A stretch of DNA of 64,000 bases from contig MU004184.1 in assembly GCA_010093605.1 (NCBI GenBank), positions 1,312,801 through 1,376,800 on the forward strand. Reading direction: 5' to 3'. Source of the DNA: Lophium mytilinum (lineage: Eukaryota). This document shows positions 27,110 through 39,237 of this stretch, one piece after another; position 1 is the first letter of the stretch, and the number at the start of each line of letters is the position of its first letter. The notes under the pieces are model-generated. The model ran no database searches. It had not been told where the DNA came from and worked only from the letters and a program-made list of their open reading frames with translations. A program made the position numbers and the translations under genes.

Positions 27110-29558
27110 ATGGATAACCCAGATGTCCTGCCAGGGGACGCTCCACAGCGGCAGCCGTCAGTACATACTGACAACCCGGATGCATTGCCAGAGAACCCCC
27201 CATGGTCGCAACCCCCAGAACCCATCGGCAACCCGGATGTACTGCTGGAGAACTCCCAATGGCCGCAACTTCCATCCGGTATCGAAAGCCCAGAGGCTCT
27301 GCTAGAGAATCCCATTCAGTCGCGACCGCCAGCACATACCGAAAACTCGAGTGCACTACTAGAGGAACCCCCACAGTCACAAGTGGCAGTACACAGCGAC
27401 ACCCCGAATGCACAGCTAGAGAATCCCCCAAGGTCGCAACTACTAGCACATACCGAAAACTCGGATGCACTGCTGGAGAACTCCCCTCAATCGCAACAAA
27501 AAGCGCACATTGACAACCTGAATGCACTGCTAGAGAATCCCCCATGCTCGCAACCGCCAGCACATATCAACAACTCGGAGACTCTACTAGAGAATCTCCC
27601 ACAGTCGCAACCGTCGGTACATGTTGGCAACCAGGAAGCTCCGCTAGGAAATCCCTCGCAGTTTAAACCATCAGTACACATGGGTCGCTCCGTAGCACCA
27701 GAACCAGTGCCCTTGCAACATTCCGAGCCGCCTCGTGTGCCGCACTCTTCGCGAGTGGGGTATTCAGTCTTACCACGGTCTGAGCCGCCACGAGGTCGCT
27801 TGCGCCCTATCAAGGGCCTCAGTCTCTATAGTGATGATCGTCTTCGCGGGCAAAACTTTCAAAGTCCTCGCTCGGGCACCGCGATGTTAGGGCAAGAGAA
27901 GAGCAAGGATGACGATTCTGGCGGTGTGAAGAAAGAGGAGGGCGAGGGTGTTTACCTCTCTGACGACTTTCAGACGGCGTCAAAAGACAGTCCACATTTT
28001 AACCAAGAAGTGCAGAGCGATGAGACTGTTATCGATAGTGTCCCAGCACCCCAGGTGATGCCGACAGTCAGGGACAGCGCACCCCAGCCCGCCGAGCCTA
28101 GGAGACATTCAGGTACAAGTTTGGCGCATGGAATGATTGATGAAACATTAAGAGCTAACTTGCTTGTGGCGTACGATACATCAAGCTTCGGCTCGATGAC
28201 CCATAGCGGCCTCTCTCAGCAGTGGTATCCCAGTACTGAAAAGGAGAGCACTCACCCTAGAAGTCTCCTTGGAATGCAATCGTTCGAGGCACCACCGGTT
28301 ACCTCAGGTCAGCGTACTATGAACCATAAACGAGGTCCATTCATTGTAGACTCAGACGATGATTCTATGGAAGTTGGCATTCGGAGGAGTCATCGCGACA
28401 GCCAACGTCACCGCCGTGCAGACAACAGCGGATCAAAGAACGAGCAAGCGTGGGATGGTCAGATCTCGAAGTATGCCCGATCATCGAATGATACAGAGGA
28501 GCCACGAATACCCCGGGAAAATGTCCAGTCTCCAGAACGTCATCACGCCGACCAGCCTAGCTACATGGAGGACGAGACAATGCACGAGGCGTCGGAAGAG
28601 CCAAGTGATAGGGATCGCTGTAGGTGTATGATTGCTTTAAAAGGATTGCTGAGCTAATACGATGTCAGATCTAGACGATAACGTGCGCATACCCGAAGTC
28701 AAAATGTTGACACCTCGGAAGGTCGCCAGCTATAATAGAAAGCGGTCTGCGTCCCCTCGTGATGGTGCCCAATCCTATATCAAGAAGCCTCGCCCGAAAC
28801 TAGAGCTGACCACCGAAGACGTCATCATGGGCCTTATGAAGGGCAATGTGGACCGGCAGCGCCTATTGAAGCTAATCGAGCAAATGAACAACGGGTCTGA
28901 TACGGCTAAGCTGAAACAGAGCTTGGAGGAGAGCGAGCGAAGCCTACAGCATTACAAGGAGGCTTTGAACGTCAGAGATTCTAAATCAGACGTCAAGCGG
29001 CTGGAAAGAGAGTTAGTTCAGAAGAACCGCGAGCTTGAGAAGAGAGAGAAGGACTTTCGAAAGGCAACCACAAAACAGGCGAGTGACCTCGACAAACAAA
29101 TCGACGAAACCAAGAAGTGGAAGGACCACAGCAATATCAACCATGAGGGCTGGAAAGGGAGCCAGAGTGAGGTCAAAGATCTTCAATCGAAATTAAAGAC
29201 GCAGCAGAAGGTCTTGGAACGAACTTCCAACGACCTCGAAATATCCCAGGCAGCACTCTTGAAGGCGCAAAAACAGAACAATCGGCAGGATAATTATCTT
29301 CACTTGATGACTTGGCGCAATGTCAAGGTCTTCGAGATGTTCAAAGGCGGCACTATGGCCCCTGATGATATGGCTTGGGAGCTCAGCCGCGTACACAAAT
29401 ACATGGGAGATAAGTGGGTTCCAAATTTGAAGCGTGGGAGGGAGATCGCGGAGAGTATCCTCGAGAGACACACGACAGATGAAAAGGGTCAAGAGTTGGA
29501 GGTTCCAGACTTGCCGATCCCCCTTGCAGTCGTCCGCAAGCCCAGAGCGAAGAACTAG
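27110..29558 (+). CDS. Hypothetical protein: N-terminal 19-aa repeats, disordered middle, C-terminal coiled coil
   Basis: ORFs of 515 and 298 aa joined in frame by intron 28620-28668 (GTAGGT..GCTAAT..CAG). Basic NLS-like segments RKRS and KKPRPK. Confidence 0.75.
27116..27685 (+). repeat. Coding minisatellite, 57 bp (19 aa, NxDALLENPPQSQPxAHxE-like) x10
   Basis: Ten diverged units with exact 19-aa periodicity in the translation. Confidence 0.9.
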
Positions 29559-30289
29559 GCGTGCGGTTTGAGGTCTCAGTCTAGCCGAGATATTCTAATG
29601 GGGCGGTAAAAGCATTCATTTTCTGCCATATTTCTTTTCCCTTCAAACCATCTTCCCAACCTCTTCTGCGACGGTCTTTGCATCCTAGACTCCCCTTGCG
29701 ACCCAATGGCTCCGAAAGATATATGGCTTTCACTCACTGATATTCGGTAAATACAAAAAGCAATAAAACAGTGATATGGTATGACATGTACTTAATCCTT
29801 TATCACCGTCCAGCTAGCCCCTAACACCCTCAAAATTTCTTGGCTAAGATGTGGAGACCACAAATCGGGCCGGCTTTGATTCACTGACAACATGCTCTTA
29901 TGCGTACATTAGCGTAGCACAGTCTGACAGCCCCCGACATCCTCAAAACTCACCGCCATGTTGTAAAATTCTGGAGCCTGCGAATCAGGCTAGCTCCAAT
30001 CCTTTCATAGGATGCTGGTTTGGTAGACCAGCGCAGCGCCGCTTGACTAACCTCGACAACTCCAAAACAATCCTAGCCACCATGTCGAATGCGCAAGAGC
30101 GTGAATTAGGCTAGGATCTGACATATACTGCTGCTAATCTCAGCCACATCAGGATCCAGTACCCCATCCCAAACTTTGACATGTGCGAACCGGTGCAGCA
30201 CCGTCTGAGTTGCCTCAAGACCTTCAGTAATCCGTAGCCACGATACCAAGTTCCCAATAGCACGAACCTAGCCACCACTAACCGACCTT

Positions 30290-32258
30290 TTACTCGCCCA
30301 GCCCCTGCCTCAAAAACGTAATCTTCCCCGGCGCATCCATTCCCAACCTGCACTTCTCTCTGAACTCTCCCAACTCCGCTCCCCTCATCTTAATGCGCGT
30401 CCGGAAATCAGCTAGCGGGCAGCTGCTTCCAATACCATGGCTACACCCTGGCAGCGGCACGATGCCATCGTTGACATTGATTCTGACGAAGATGTCGGGG
30501 GTGGTCGGGGAGCTAGAGGCGTGGCAAGCGAGCCGCTCGAAGATGGTGCGTCCGCCCATGGGGGACACTTGGGATTTCTTCCAGGAGCGATCGTATGCAA
30601 TGTGCGTTGTTGGAAGGTGGATGGGGTCGGGGAGGAGGTCCAGGGCTGCGAGCATGGGGGCGATATCGCCATCGTGGACGCTGTAAAGATACATTAGTGG
30701 GGATTATTCTAGTATGGGGCAGTGGAAAGTTATAGCACACAAGGAACTTACAAACTGAAGAAGAACGGTCCAGCGCTCGGCCCCTCGAGCAATAGATTCA
30801 TCGTCGCGTTCAACCACAACCACCCCATCACCGGTCCCCAAGGCGTTCCCGGGCCACCACGATAGTAGTGCACTACATCACGGGCATACTCGAAGCTCAT
30901 GAACTCCTCTCGTGTGAAGACATCGCACCACGGACTGCTCCCTCGCGCAGTAATCTCAAATCCGCACATCTCTTGCATAGCGTAGATTTCGTCGTCCGCG
31001 AGATTCTTGATTCCCGGATTCTGTTTCAGCAACCGCTCGCGTATGGATCCGACGTAAGTAGAGCGGTATTTGGCCATCATCTTTGCGCCTTGGTCGTGGC
31101 CTAGCTCTTTGTCGTCGTTGAAGGCTTTGCAGGTATCGCCAGGAGTCAAGGTATCAGCACCAAGGTCGTCGGTTTCAGGGATGACGCGTAGAGAGGCTGT
31201 CTTGTTCCAGTCCAGGCCAAAGAAGCCGGCGCTGAAATATCTTGCGGTGTCAATTACGCGAGGACAACCGCTTGCCCATAGGGCTGTTTTGTCATCGTGG
31301 GATAGTCGTTGAGAGAGAAGGTGGTGGTAACGAGTTCGGAGGCGCACGCCAGTTGTGAAGGCACCGAGAGAGCCTGAGTAGGGGCCAGTTGTGGTCAATT
31401 GCTCGAATTCAGATTCGGGGTCTGCGAAGAATGTTAGATATCTGTGGTCAGAGGCCTAAGGCGGTACTCGTAGTAACATCAAAGCTAGCTTAGCCGTAAA
31501 AGACTTTACACTGCTCTATAGTAGTTGTGTTGTTTCAAGATTCAGTCGGCCAGATGCGCAGCACTATAGCCAATGCGGCAGAGGGGAGAGCGGGCTTTCA
31601 TCTTATTCAGTTGAAGTCCTGTCATCACGTACCCTTCGAGAAGAATTCCCAGTCATTGAGAAAAGCAAGATCATCCACAAAAGTGATATTCAGATCCGTC
31701 AGCTTCTTTAAGAGACGAAGCATTCCTTCATAGTGTAAGCTAAGATTACAAAATATATTTCCCAAACCTAGTACGAGGAAAGAAAAACCCACGATTGCCA
31801 GCTTTGATTGTTGGAAAACGCTCCGCGTGCCTTGACATCTTCGAAGCAAACCGATCAGTATTCCCGCGATCTACACGTTATCCTACTCTTAGACCTACCA
31901 TATGGACTTGCTCAACTACGCATCCTTCGGGAGGACCTACACCCCCTTCGACTACTCCTTCCGCCTTCTCAATCCATGGGCCATTGCCCCCGAGATGATA
32001 GAGTATGTTCCAGTCCCCGGATGTGGTCCCAGCTCCTTGTCCCTTGCCAGCAATGCCAGTATTGGTGTGGAGGTATCCGTGGGAATGCCACCAGCTCTTC
32101 CAACTTGATACATGCGGCGTTCGAAGGGAAGGCGATTGTAGATTAGGACCATTAACTGATCCATAGGGCGAAAGCCCGAACCAGCTTTGAGCAGCAAAGA
32201 TGATACAAAGGGCCAGGACAGAATGCCAGAAGGACGGCAAGTTCAAGGTTATTGCCAT
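30290..32258 (-). CDS. Histidine acid phosphatase / 3-phytase family protein, 5 exons
   Basis: N-terminal hydrophobic signal or anchor, WNILYHLGGNGPW, catalytic RHAERFP (variant of RHGxRxP) in a short exon near 31795-31839, and VHDGD at the start of the last exon. Confidence 0.92.
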
Positions 32259-32467
32259 GTTGTCCTAGAGTTTAGAGGGCGCTGATGGGTAGCTACCTTA
32301 CTAGCAATCGCATGACAGTAGTGAGCGTAGAAGGTGATATGTATTGAAACCTTGAAAGAACTTGAAATAGCGAACTGTTGAGTGTTAAAGAGTGGTGATG
32401 AGTCGAGGTGAACGTCAGTAGAGGTACACGGCGGTCAAATCTTCGGCCCGAGCGCGCGGGCCTTCCT

Positions 32468-32992
32468 TTGTGCTATTCAGAATAGCGTACACTTTCTTGG
32501 CGTTTTCCCCGTGCACCCCCCCTAATTTTGTATGCGCGCACCTGGAACCGTTAGATAGGTTATACATTGATTTTCAACCACTTTTTAACGTGCCTATATT
32601 AATTATTAGTGAGGCCTCTCGCGTGCATATTAGAGCTCATATACTGCCGATTTTTGGTGTTCGCGGTCAAGACGGCGGACCAGCCCAGCTACCCCTCGGC
32701 GTGCGACGTGATTGCGCCCGCGACGGCGGCCAAGTTTACGCAGCTGGCGCAGATGCGCCGCGAGGACTGGGCGCTGGCCCCGCAGGCGGATATGCTGTGG
32801 GCGGTAGAAATTGTTAGTATACGAGCTCTAATATGCACGCAAGAGGCCTTACTAATTATTAATATAGGCACGTTAAAAAGTAGTTGAAAATCAATGTATA
32901 ACCTATCTACGATCACAGGCGCGCTCATACAGAATAAGGAGGGGTGCACGGGGAAAACGCCAAGAAAGTGTACGCTATTCTGAATAGCACAA
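32468..32992. mobile_element. Non-autonomous foldback/MITE-like element with ~190-bp terminal inverted repeats
   Basis: Arms 32468-32656 and 32805-32992 are reverse complements, with the outer 52 bp identical. AT-rich arms surround a GC-rich spacer. No target-site duplication seen. Confidence 0.85.
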
Positions 32993-33892
32993 CTCAAATC
33001 CAACCTCAACTGCCTCACCTCTTTCTATACGCATCATTTTGCCATCGGCAATCCATATACGCATGTTGTTCAGTCTCAAGATTATCTAAAAACAGAAATA
33101 TCTGGGCACGTGTAGTCCGATCATCCGCTCAGACGATTCTCTTTTTAGACGCAGGAGTAATGCAGTACGCTGCACCTTCACCCAGGCACGCATCCTATGC
33201 GCTACAACAGGGTTGCTGATAATGCAGGAAGGCTCTAGTTGTCTATCAGATCCAAAATTTGCCTGCTTGTGCGTTATCTTATGCAGCACCCTTACTATGT
33301 CGTCGCGGTAGGCGCTGATGCATGCCTGCTAGAGGACTTAAGCTGGGTAGTGCAAGCACTGTCGGTTTGGGTGATAGGCCTCAAATAGCCTTTGCCGGGG
33401 ATATATTGGTAGTCAGACCGAGCTGAGTCGTTATGGGGCTGACGCGCCACCTAGGGTTTGGAGCATTATGTAGCGAGTAGGGGCAAGATTCTGCGGTGAA
33501 GGTAAGGATCCAAGCCTGGGCTGCTAACGGCACGTTGCTTATTTGACGCCGTGCATGTGATGGTGTGAAATACGTGATGACGGGAGCATTTGGGACTGGT
33601 CCGAGTAGGGTAACGTAGTTGGTGGAAATTTAGCGCGAAGGGAGAGAAACGAGGGGAGGGTAAGGGCCAAGTATAACCTAATTGGATCTTTCAAGCTGTT
33701 CATATCTGCCCATCAACGGATCTTGTTTCAGAATCTGTGAACTGGACTGCATCGAGGTTGGTGCTGTTGCAAAATGTTAGATGACATGCCAATTCTGACC
33801 ACCACTTCTGGGATCCAAGTCAAAGGTTCAACTGCGTCGTGTCTCACTCATTGTCTTCAAGAAACTTCTACTCCAACACCAAGAGATTTAAG

Positions 33893-35386
33893 ATGGCTAA
33901 ATCTAAGTGGATTGCCGCGTATCGCGATTCTGAACCCAGCAGCGGTAGTGCGAGCTGGGAGAAGGGCAAGAGCAAGGTGAAGCAATGGGTGGGCGCGTCT
34001 CGCAACCTTCCTAGTGATGGGAAGTATGAGGAGTATGAGACAGATGAGGATTTGAATTCGGGAAGCCCGCAGAAGATTGAGAGTAATCAGAAAGTTATAG
34101 AGATGGACCAAGTAAAGCCAAGTATGACGAGGAGCTTGTGGTGGCACTACAAAAGATATTGGGTTTGCTACCTCATGTTGGGAGTAATAGCTTTGGCAAT
34201 AGGGCTGCCGATTTTGTAAGTTCGACTCCGAAGACTCTTTCCTGATTCTCGATATTACCCAGTGAGCAGAACTAAGGCATAGTAGATTCCTCGTCATATT
34301 CCCCGCCATTGCACAACGGCTAGTGGACGGTGCGGACCTGCCCATTCACACCGCGGTGATAAAAAACCCCAGCGACGACACCTTGACGTACTCTGTAACA
34401 GTGTCTCTCAAGGTACCGAAGCCTTTCATAGTCCATATTGATCCCACCGTCTTAGAGCTGTATCGGCCGGAGACGAAGCCGCATCGCGTACCTTACATCA
34501 AGATGGAACTACCAGGCATGAAACTCCACGGCAATACTCTTGTCAAGATTGAAGATCAGCAAGCAACTATTCTAGATGAAGATGAACTTACGCATTTTAT
34601 GGCGTCGGCAGTACGCAACGAGCAGTTCGAGATATCTGCTTATGGGAAGACGACCGCGTATCTCGGAAAGCTCAAAGCCCATATCACTTTGGACAAGACT
34701 ATCAGATTGAGAGGCGAGTCTAGTTTTTTCGAGTTCGTCACGAGTATAGCTAATGATAGAGAGCAGGTTTGAACACGCTAGAGGGCTTCTCGATCGATAG
34801 TGCCCATGTAGTGCTTCCACCAGAAGAGGATGGAACCAACGTGGTAGCTAACTTGACTCTGCCGAACGCATCGCTTGCCACAGTTGAGCTGGTAAGCCCT
34901 TGTCTGACAATAGGTTAGTAGGTATATATTGACAATAATTAGGGAGACGTGACTCTAAACCTCAAAGTTGGCGACTTGATTTTAGGAAATGCTACCATCG
35001 CAAATTTCACGATCAAGCCAGGAAATAACAACGTCTACGCGCGTGGTATCGTCGATATCAAAAGCATTCTACAAAACATTGGGCCCATTGCCGATGCCGA
35101 AACGCAGGCACTGAAAAGTGGCAACATTACGGTCTCCGCGTCGGGGAACTCGGCCATCTACGACGGCAAGCATATCGACTACATTGAGAAAGTCCTGAAC
35201 AACTTGACGATTACAGCGGAGATGCCTATGGCAGAAATCCTGATTGATTCTTCGGAAAGTTTGCTGGGCGATTTCTCAGGCGGGCTTACCAGTCTTCTGA
35301 ATGGCTTGACTACGGTCTCAGGCGGGCTTGTCAGTTTTTTGAATGGCTTGAATGCGACTGATCCTTTGCATCTATTGGGAGGGTAG
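33893..35386 (+). CDS. DUF3712-like single-pass membrane protein, 4 exons
   Basis: HYKRYW followed by a TM helix, FPAIAQ, GFSIDS..DGTNVVANLTLPNASLATVELGDVTLNL. Three GT/GC-AG introns. Confidence 0.8.
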
Positions 35387-35993
35387 TGTAAATAGCGCGA
35401 TGTGATTACTTTGGGGTTTGTCTCTGCATACAGGACGATTGGTAGTATATGATGAGACCACCACACCATTCCATGTACTATAACCTTCATGAATCGAAAC
35501 GGATCAAAGATGCTAATCTGACTTCTGAACAATTAGAACCGCTTTTAACGTGAGAACTCCTGGTAACCGGGCCCTCCTAGCTCCGTTTCGACTAGGCTTC
35601 ATAGCAAATCTGTGTCCGGGGAATACGGGAGGAGGTAAAGTCAGTTGGACGATTTAAGGCGAAAGCGATAGTCACGTGAGATCACTTGAAGTGTGTGGTG
35701 GTATTTCATAAAGTGGTGAATGGCAGAGACGGTGATGGTGAATGCTATCAAACTCCCACAATACGCGCTTGGCCGCGAATGGATAGGGCGACGATCACCC
35801 GCTGGAATCAGGGGCTCCGTGCCCGAGTGTTGATTGGATGACAGCCAGCCCTATTCACGACCTCAGCTTTTTCTCTGTATCACCATCCTCATTCTTGTTT
35901 GCTTGGACCCTTAACAGCCCCCAGCGTCTTGCACCTACAGGCTACTCCATGCTGGTGTAGATGTGCTGCAATCGCCCGCGGTAACCAGCAACG

Positions 35994-38939
35994 ATGGCTG
36001 AAGCTTACGAGCTCCGTCGCGGGAAGTACGCGAAACTCGATACTCCAGAGTCAGACTCCGGATCCCCCCTACGCCGCTCTCTAGACGACGCATATCGCAC
36101 CTCATCCGACGAGGAAGACCTTGACGAATTCGACCCCCTCAACTACGATGCCGGCACCCTGAAACGGAAGAAGACGCGTCGCCCGCGAGGAGAGTCGCTA
36201 AGGGGCCAAGAGACTATACCCTCAGAGAAGGCCGGGACACGAAGGAGATGGTACTGTGTGAGCCGCATGTGCGTCGGCCTTACCCTACTGTTCGTTGCTA
36301 CCGTCGTGCTCCTGCTGAGCGTAGGCGGGATCTGGGCTTGGAAATCGGTCCCGGAAGATGGGCAGAGTCCGCCGTGGTACCCGTCGCCGAAGGGTGGCAC
36401 GGATGAGAAATGGAGGGACAGTTACAAGAAGGCAGCAGATCTGGTCCGGCAGATGACGCTCGTGGAAAAAGTCAATGTCACAACTGGCGTTGGGTGGGAG
36501 ATGGAGATGTGTGTGGGCAATACTGGAGCGGTCACCAGGCTCGGATTCCCAAGCCTGTGTCTTCAGGATGGCCCGATTGGCATACGATTCGCAGACAATA
36601 TCACGGCATTCCCAGGTGGTATCACGATTGGAGCTACGTGGAACAAGGACCTGATATACAAGCGAGGGCGGGCACAGGCTGTGGAGGCAAGGTTGAAAGG
36701 CATCAATGTCCTTTTAGGCCCTACAATGGGGCCATTGGGTCGAATGCCTGCTGGGGGTAGGAATTGGGAGGGCTTTGGAGCGGACCCTGTACTACAGGGT
36801 ATTGCAGCGGCCCAGACGATCAAGGGTATCCAGGATGAGGGCATTGTTGCCACTGCGAAGCATTTCATCGGCAATGAACAAGAACATTTCCGACAAAGCT
36901 GGGAGTGGGGTACTCCGAATGCCATTTCCAGCAACATTGACGACCGCACTCTTCACGAACTGTACGCATGGCCTTTCGCGGAGAGCATCAAAGCGGGTGT
37001 TGGTAGCGTCATGTGCTCTTACAACCAAGTCAACAACTCATACGCTTGCGGTAACAGCAAGCTAATGAACGGTATCTTGAAAGATGAGCTAGGGTTCCAA
37101 GGATTTGTACAGTCCGATTGGCTAGCTCAGAGGAGTGGAGTGGCAAGCGCTTTGGCAGGGCTAGACATGTCCATGCCTGGTGATGGGCTTCGATGGGCTG
37201 ATGGAAAGGCACTTTGGGGTCATCAACTTACAAAAGCGGTCCTGAACAGCTCTGTACCCATGGACCGCCTCGACGATATGGTCACTCGAATTGTTGCCGC
37301 TTGGTATCAAGTTGGACAAGACGATAAGAAGAAATGGCCTGCGCCTCCAGAAGGCGGTCCCAATTTCTCTTCCTGGACCGGCGAGAAGATTGGGTTGTTG
37401 CATCCTGGTAGTGACGACAAGACTACCGGAGTCGTAAACAAATTCGTTGACGCACAGGGCAAAGGCGAGGATTCACACGGCAAGCTCGCGCGTAGAGTCG
37501 CGGCAGAAGGGACTGTGTTGGTAAAGAACGACGGTGATATCTTACCACTGAGTCGCAAAGGTTGGAAGGACGCAAAAGAAGGCCAGGCGAAGTACCGAGT
37601 AGGTATCTTTGGCGAGGATTCAAGATTGAATGAGAACGGGCCAAACAACTGTCCAGATCGTGGCTGCAACGTGGGAACGCTTGCTCAAGGATGGGGCTCT
37701 GGGTCTGTCGATTTCCCATACCTCGTCAGTCCGCTCCAAGCCATCTACGAAGCCTTCGAGGGGGTTGCTAAGGTTACGGACTGGGCCGCGAACAAAATAC
37801 CCAAGGAAAAAGAAGATCTGCTTCATGACCAAGACCTGTGCCTCGTGTTCGCAAACTCAGATTCTGGCGAAGGCTATATGCAAGATGCTGGGATTCGAGG
37901 TGACCGGAATGATCTCAACCTTCAGAAGAATGGAAATCTCCTGATCAAGAAGGTTGCTGAAGAGTGTGGGAATGGTAATGGCAGCACGGTGGTCGTTATC
38001 CATGCTGTTGGACCGGTAAATGTGGAATTCTTCGTCGACCTGCCTGGCGTCAAAGCCGTTCTGTTAGCTCATCTTCCTGGTCAAGAGAGCGGCAACGCCC
38101 TTGTAGACGTCCTTTTCGGCGACATAAATCCAAGTGGCCGACTGCCGTACACTATCGCCAAGAAAGATGAAGATTATGGTCCGGGCTCCAAGATCCTATA
38201 CTATCCGAACCAAATCGTCCCGCAACAGAACTTCTCGGAAGGCCTGTACATTGACTATCGTTATTTCGACAAGAAGGGCATTGAACCGCGATACGAGTTC
38301 GGATTCGGGCTAAGTTATACGACGTTCCATCTGTCCTCGTTGCTCATCAGTCCAAAGTCTTTCAAGAAGACACTATTACCTGCTCCTCGTCCGAACGGTA
38401 TCGAGCCTCCACAATTCGACACAAAGGTTCCAGACCCGAGCACCGCCCTTGCACCAGAGGGATTTCAGAAGCTGTCTAAATATATATATCCATACATTTC
38501 CTCCGTCAAAGACATCAAAGTAGGGAAATACCCCTATCCACCCACCTACAACACTCCGCCGGAGCTCTCTCCCGCAGGAGGTGCTGAGGGCGGAAATCCC
38601 GATCTCTACACCGTCGTTGCCGAGGTATCTGCCAGCCTCACCAACACGGGTAAAGTAGATGGCGATGCCGTTGTACAGTTGTACATCTCCTATCCAGAGA
38701 ACTATGTCGATGAGGAGACCGGTGAGCCGGTGGATTTCCCTGTGAAGGTGCTGAGAGGGTTCGAAAAATTACACGTGGAAGGTGGTGATAAACGTGCGGA
38801 GGTCAAGTTTGTGCTAACGCGGAAGGACGTCAGTTACTGGTGCACTAGGCGGGGTAATTGGGTCATGCCGACCAAAGGATCGTTCAAGATCAGCGTAGGG
38901 TTCTCGAGTCGAGACCTGCCTCTAGTCGGAACGTTTTAG
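35994..38939 (+). CDS. bglE: GH3 beta-glucosidase with an N-terminal membrane anchor (BglE-like)
   Basis: Intronless 981-aa ORF with SPPWYPSP, LCLQDGPIG, GRNWEGFG, KHFIGNEQE, nucleophile motif QSDW and a C-terminal Fn3-like domain. TM helix follows a charged cytosolic tail. Confidence 0.93.
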   Translation: MAEAYELRRGKYAKLDTPESDSGSPLRRSLDDAYRTSSDEEDLDEFDPLNYDAGTLKRKKTRRPRGESLRGQETIPSEKAGTRRRWYCVSRMCVGLTLLFVATVVLLLSVGGIWAWKSVPEDGQSPPWYPSPKGGTDEKWRDSYKKAADLVRQMTLVEKVNVTTGVGWEMEMCVGNTGAVTRLGFPSLCLQDGPIGIRFADNITAFPGGITIGATWNKDLIYKRGRAQAVEARLKGINVLLGPTMGPLGRMPAGGRNWEGFGADPVLQGIAAAQTIKGIQDEGIVATAKHFIGNEQEHFRQSWEWGTPNAISSNIDDRTLHELYAWPFAESIKAGVGSVMCSYNQVNNSYACGNSKLMNGILKDELGFQGFVQSDWLAQRSGVASALAGLDMSMPGDGLRWADGKALWGHQLTKAVLNSSVPMDRLDDMVTRIVAAWYQVGQDDKKKWPAPPEGGPNFSSWTGEKIGLLHPGSDDKTTGVVNKFVDAQGKGEDSHGKLARRVAAEGTVLVKNDGDILPLSRKGWKDAKEGQAKYRVGIFGEDSRLNENGPNNCPDRGCNVGTLAQGWGSGSVDFPYLVSPLQAIYEAFEGVAKVTDWAANKIPKEKEDLLHDQDLCLVFANSDSGEGYMQDAGIRGDRNDLNLQKNGNLLIKKVAEECGNGNGSTVVVIHAVGPVNVEFFVDLPGVKAVLLAHLPGQESGNALVDVLFGDINPSGRLPYTIAKKDEDYGPGSKILYYPNQIVPQQNFSEGLYIDYRYFDKKGIEPRYEFGFGLSYTTFHLSSLLISPKSFKKTLLPAPRPNGIEPPQFDTKVPDPSTALAPEGFQKLSKYIYPYISSVKDIKVGKYPYPPTYNTPPELSPAGGAEGGNPDLYTVVAEVSASLTNTGKVDGDAVVQLYISYPENYVDEETGEPVDFPVKVLRGFEKLHVEGGDKRAEVKFVLTRKDVSYWCTRRGNWVMPTKGSFKISVGFSSRDLPLVGTF

Positions 38940-39237
38940 AGGGTGGCGGCGGCGTTAGGAGTTATGCTTGGATGGATTGCGGATTGCATTTATATATCTT
39001 ATTGTCAGTATTATAGTAAAGGATGTAGAGGTCATGAGCATTTTGTACGTATCAGATACTGTCTTAAAAAGCTGGAAATCTGGGTTTCTTCTACTCGCCA
39101 TGAATCTCGGTTGCTTTCAAGTGTATCCCCTCTCGAGTTTCATTGATTGATACTAAAGGTAATGAGCTGGTTAGTTGAGTGCAGCTCAAATCGTGGCTCA
39201 TCTGGGGCACGCAGTAACCGGAAAGGCAAGCTCAAGA

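Noticed and set aside
27116..27685. Periodic repeat considered as a CRISPR-like array
   Set aside because: It is an in-frame coding tandem repeat in a eukaryotic gene, with no repeat-spacer structure.
32488..32972. Tc1/mariner reading of the foldback element (TA|CACTTTC...GAAAGTG|TA)
   Set aside because: The inverted repeat continues perfectly for 20 bp outside the TA dinucleotides, so these are unlikely to be the termini.
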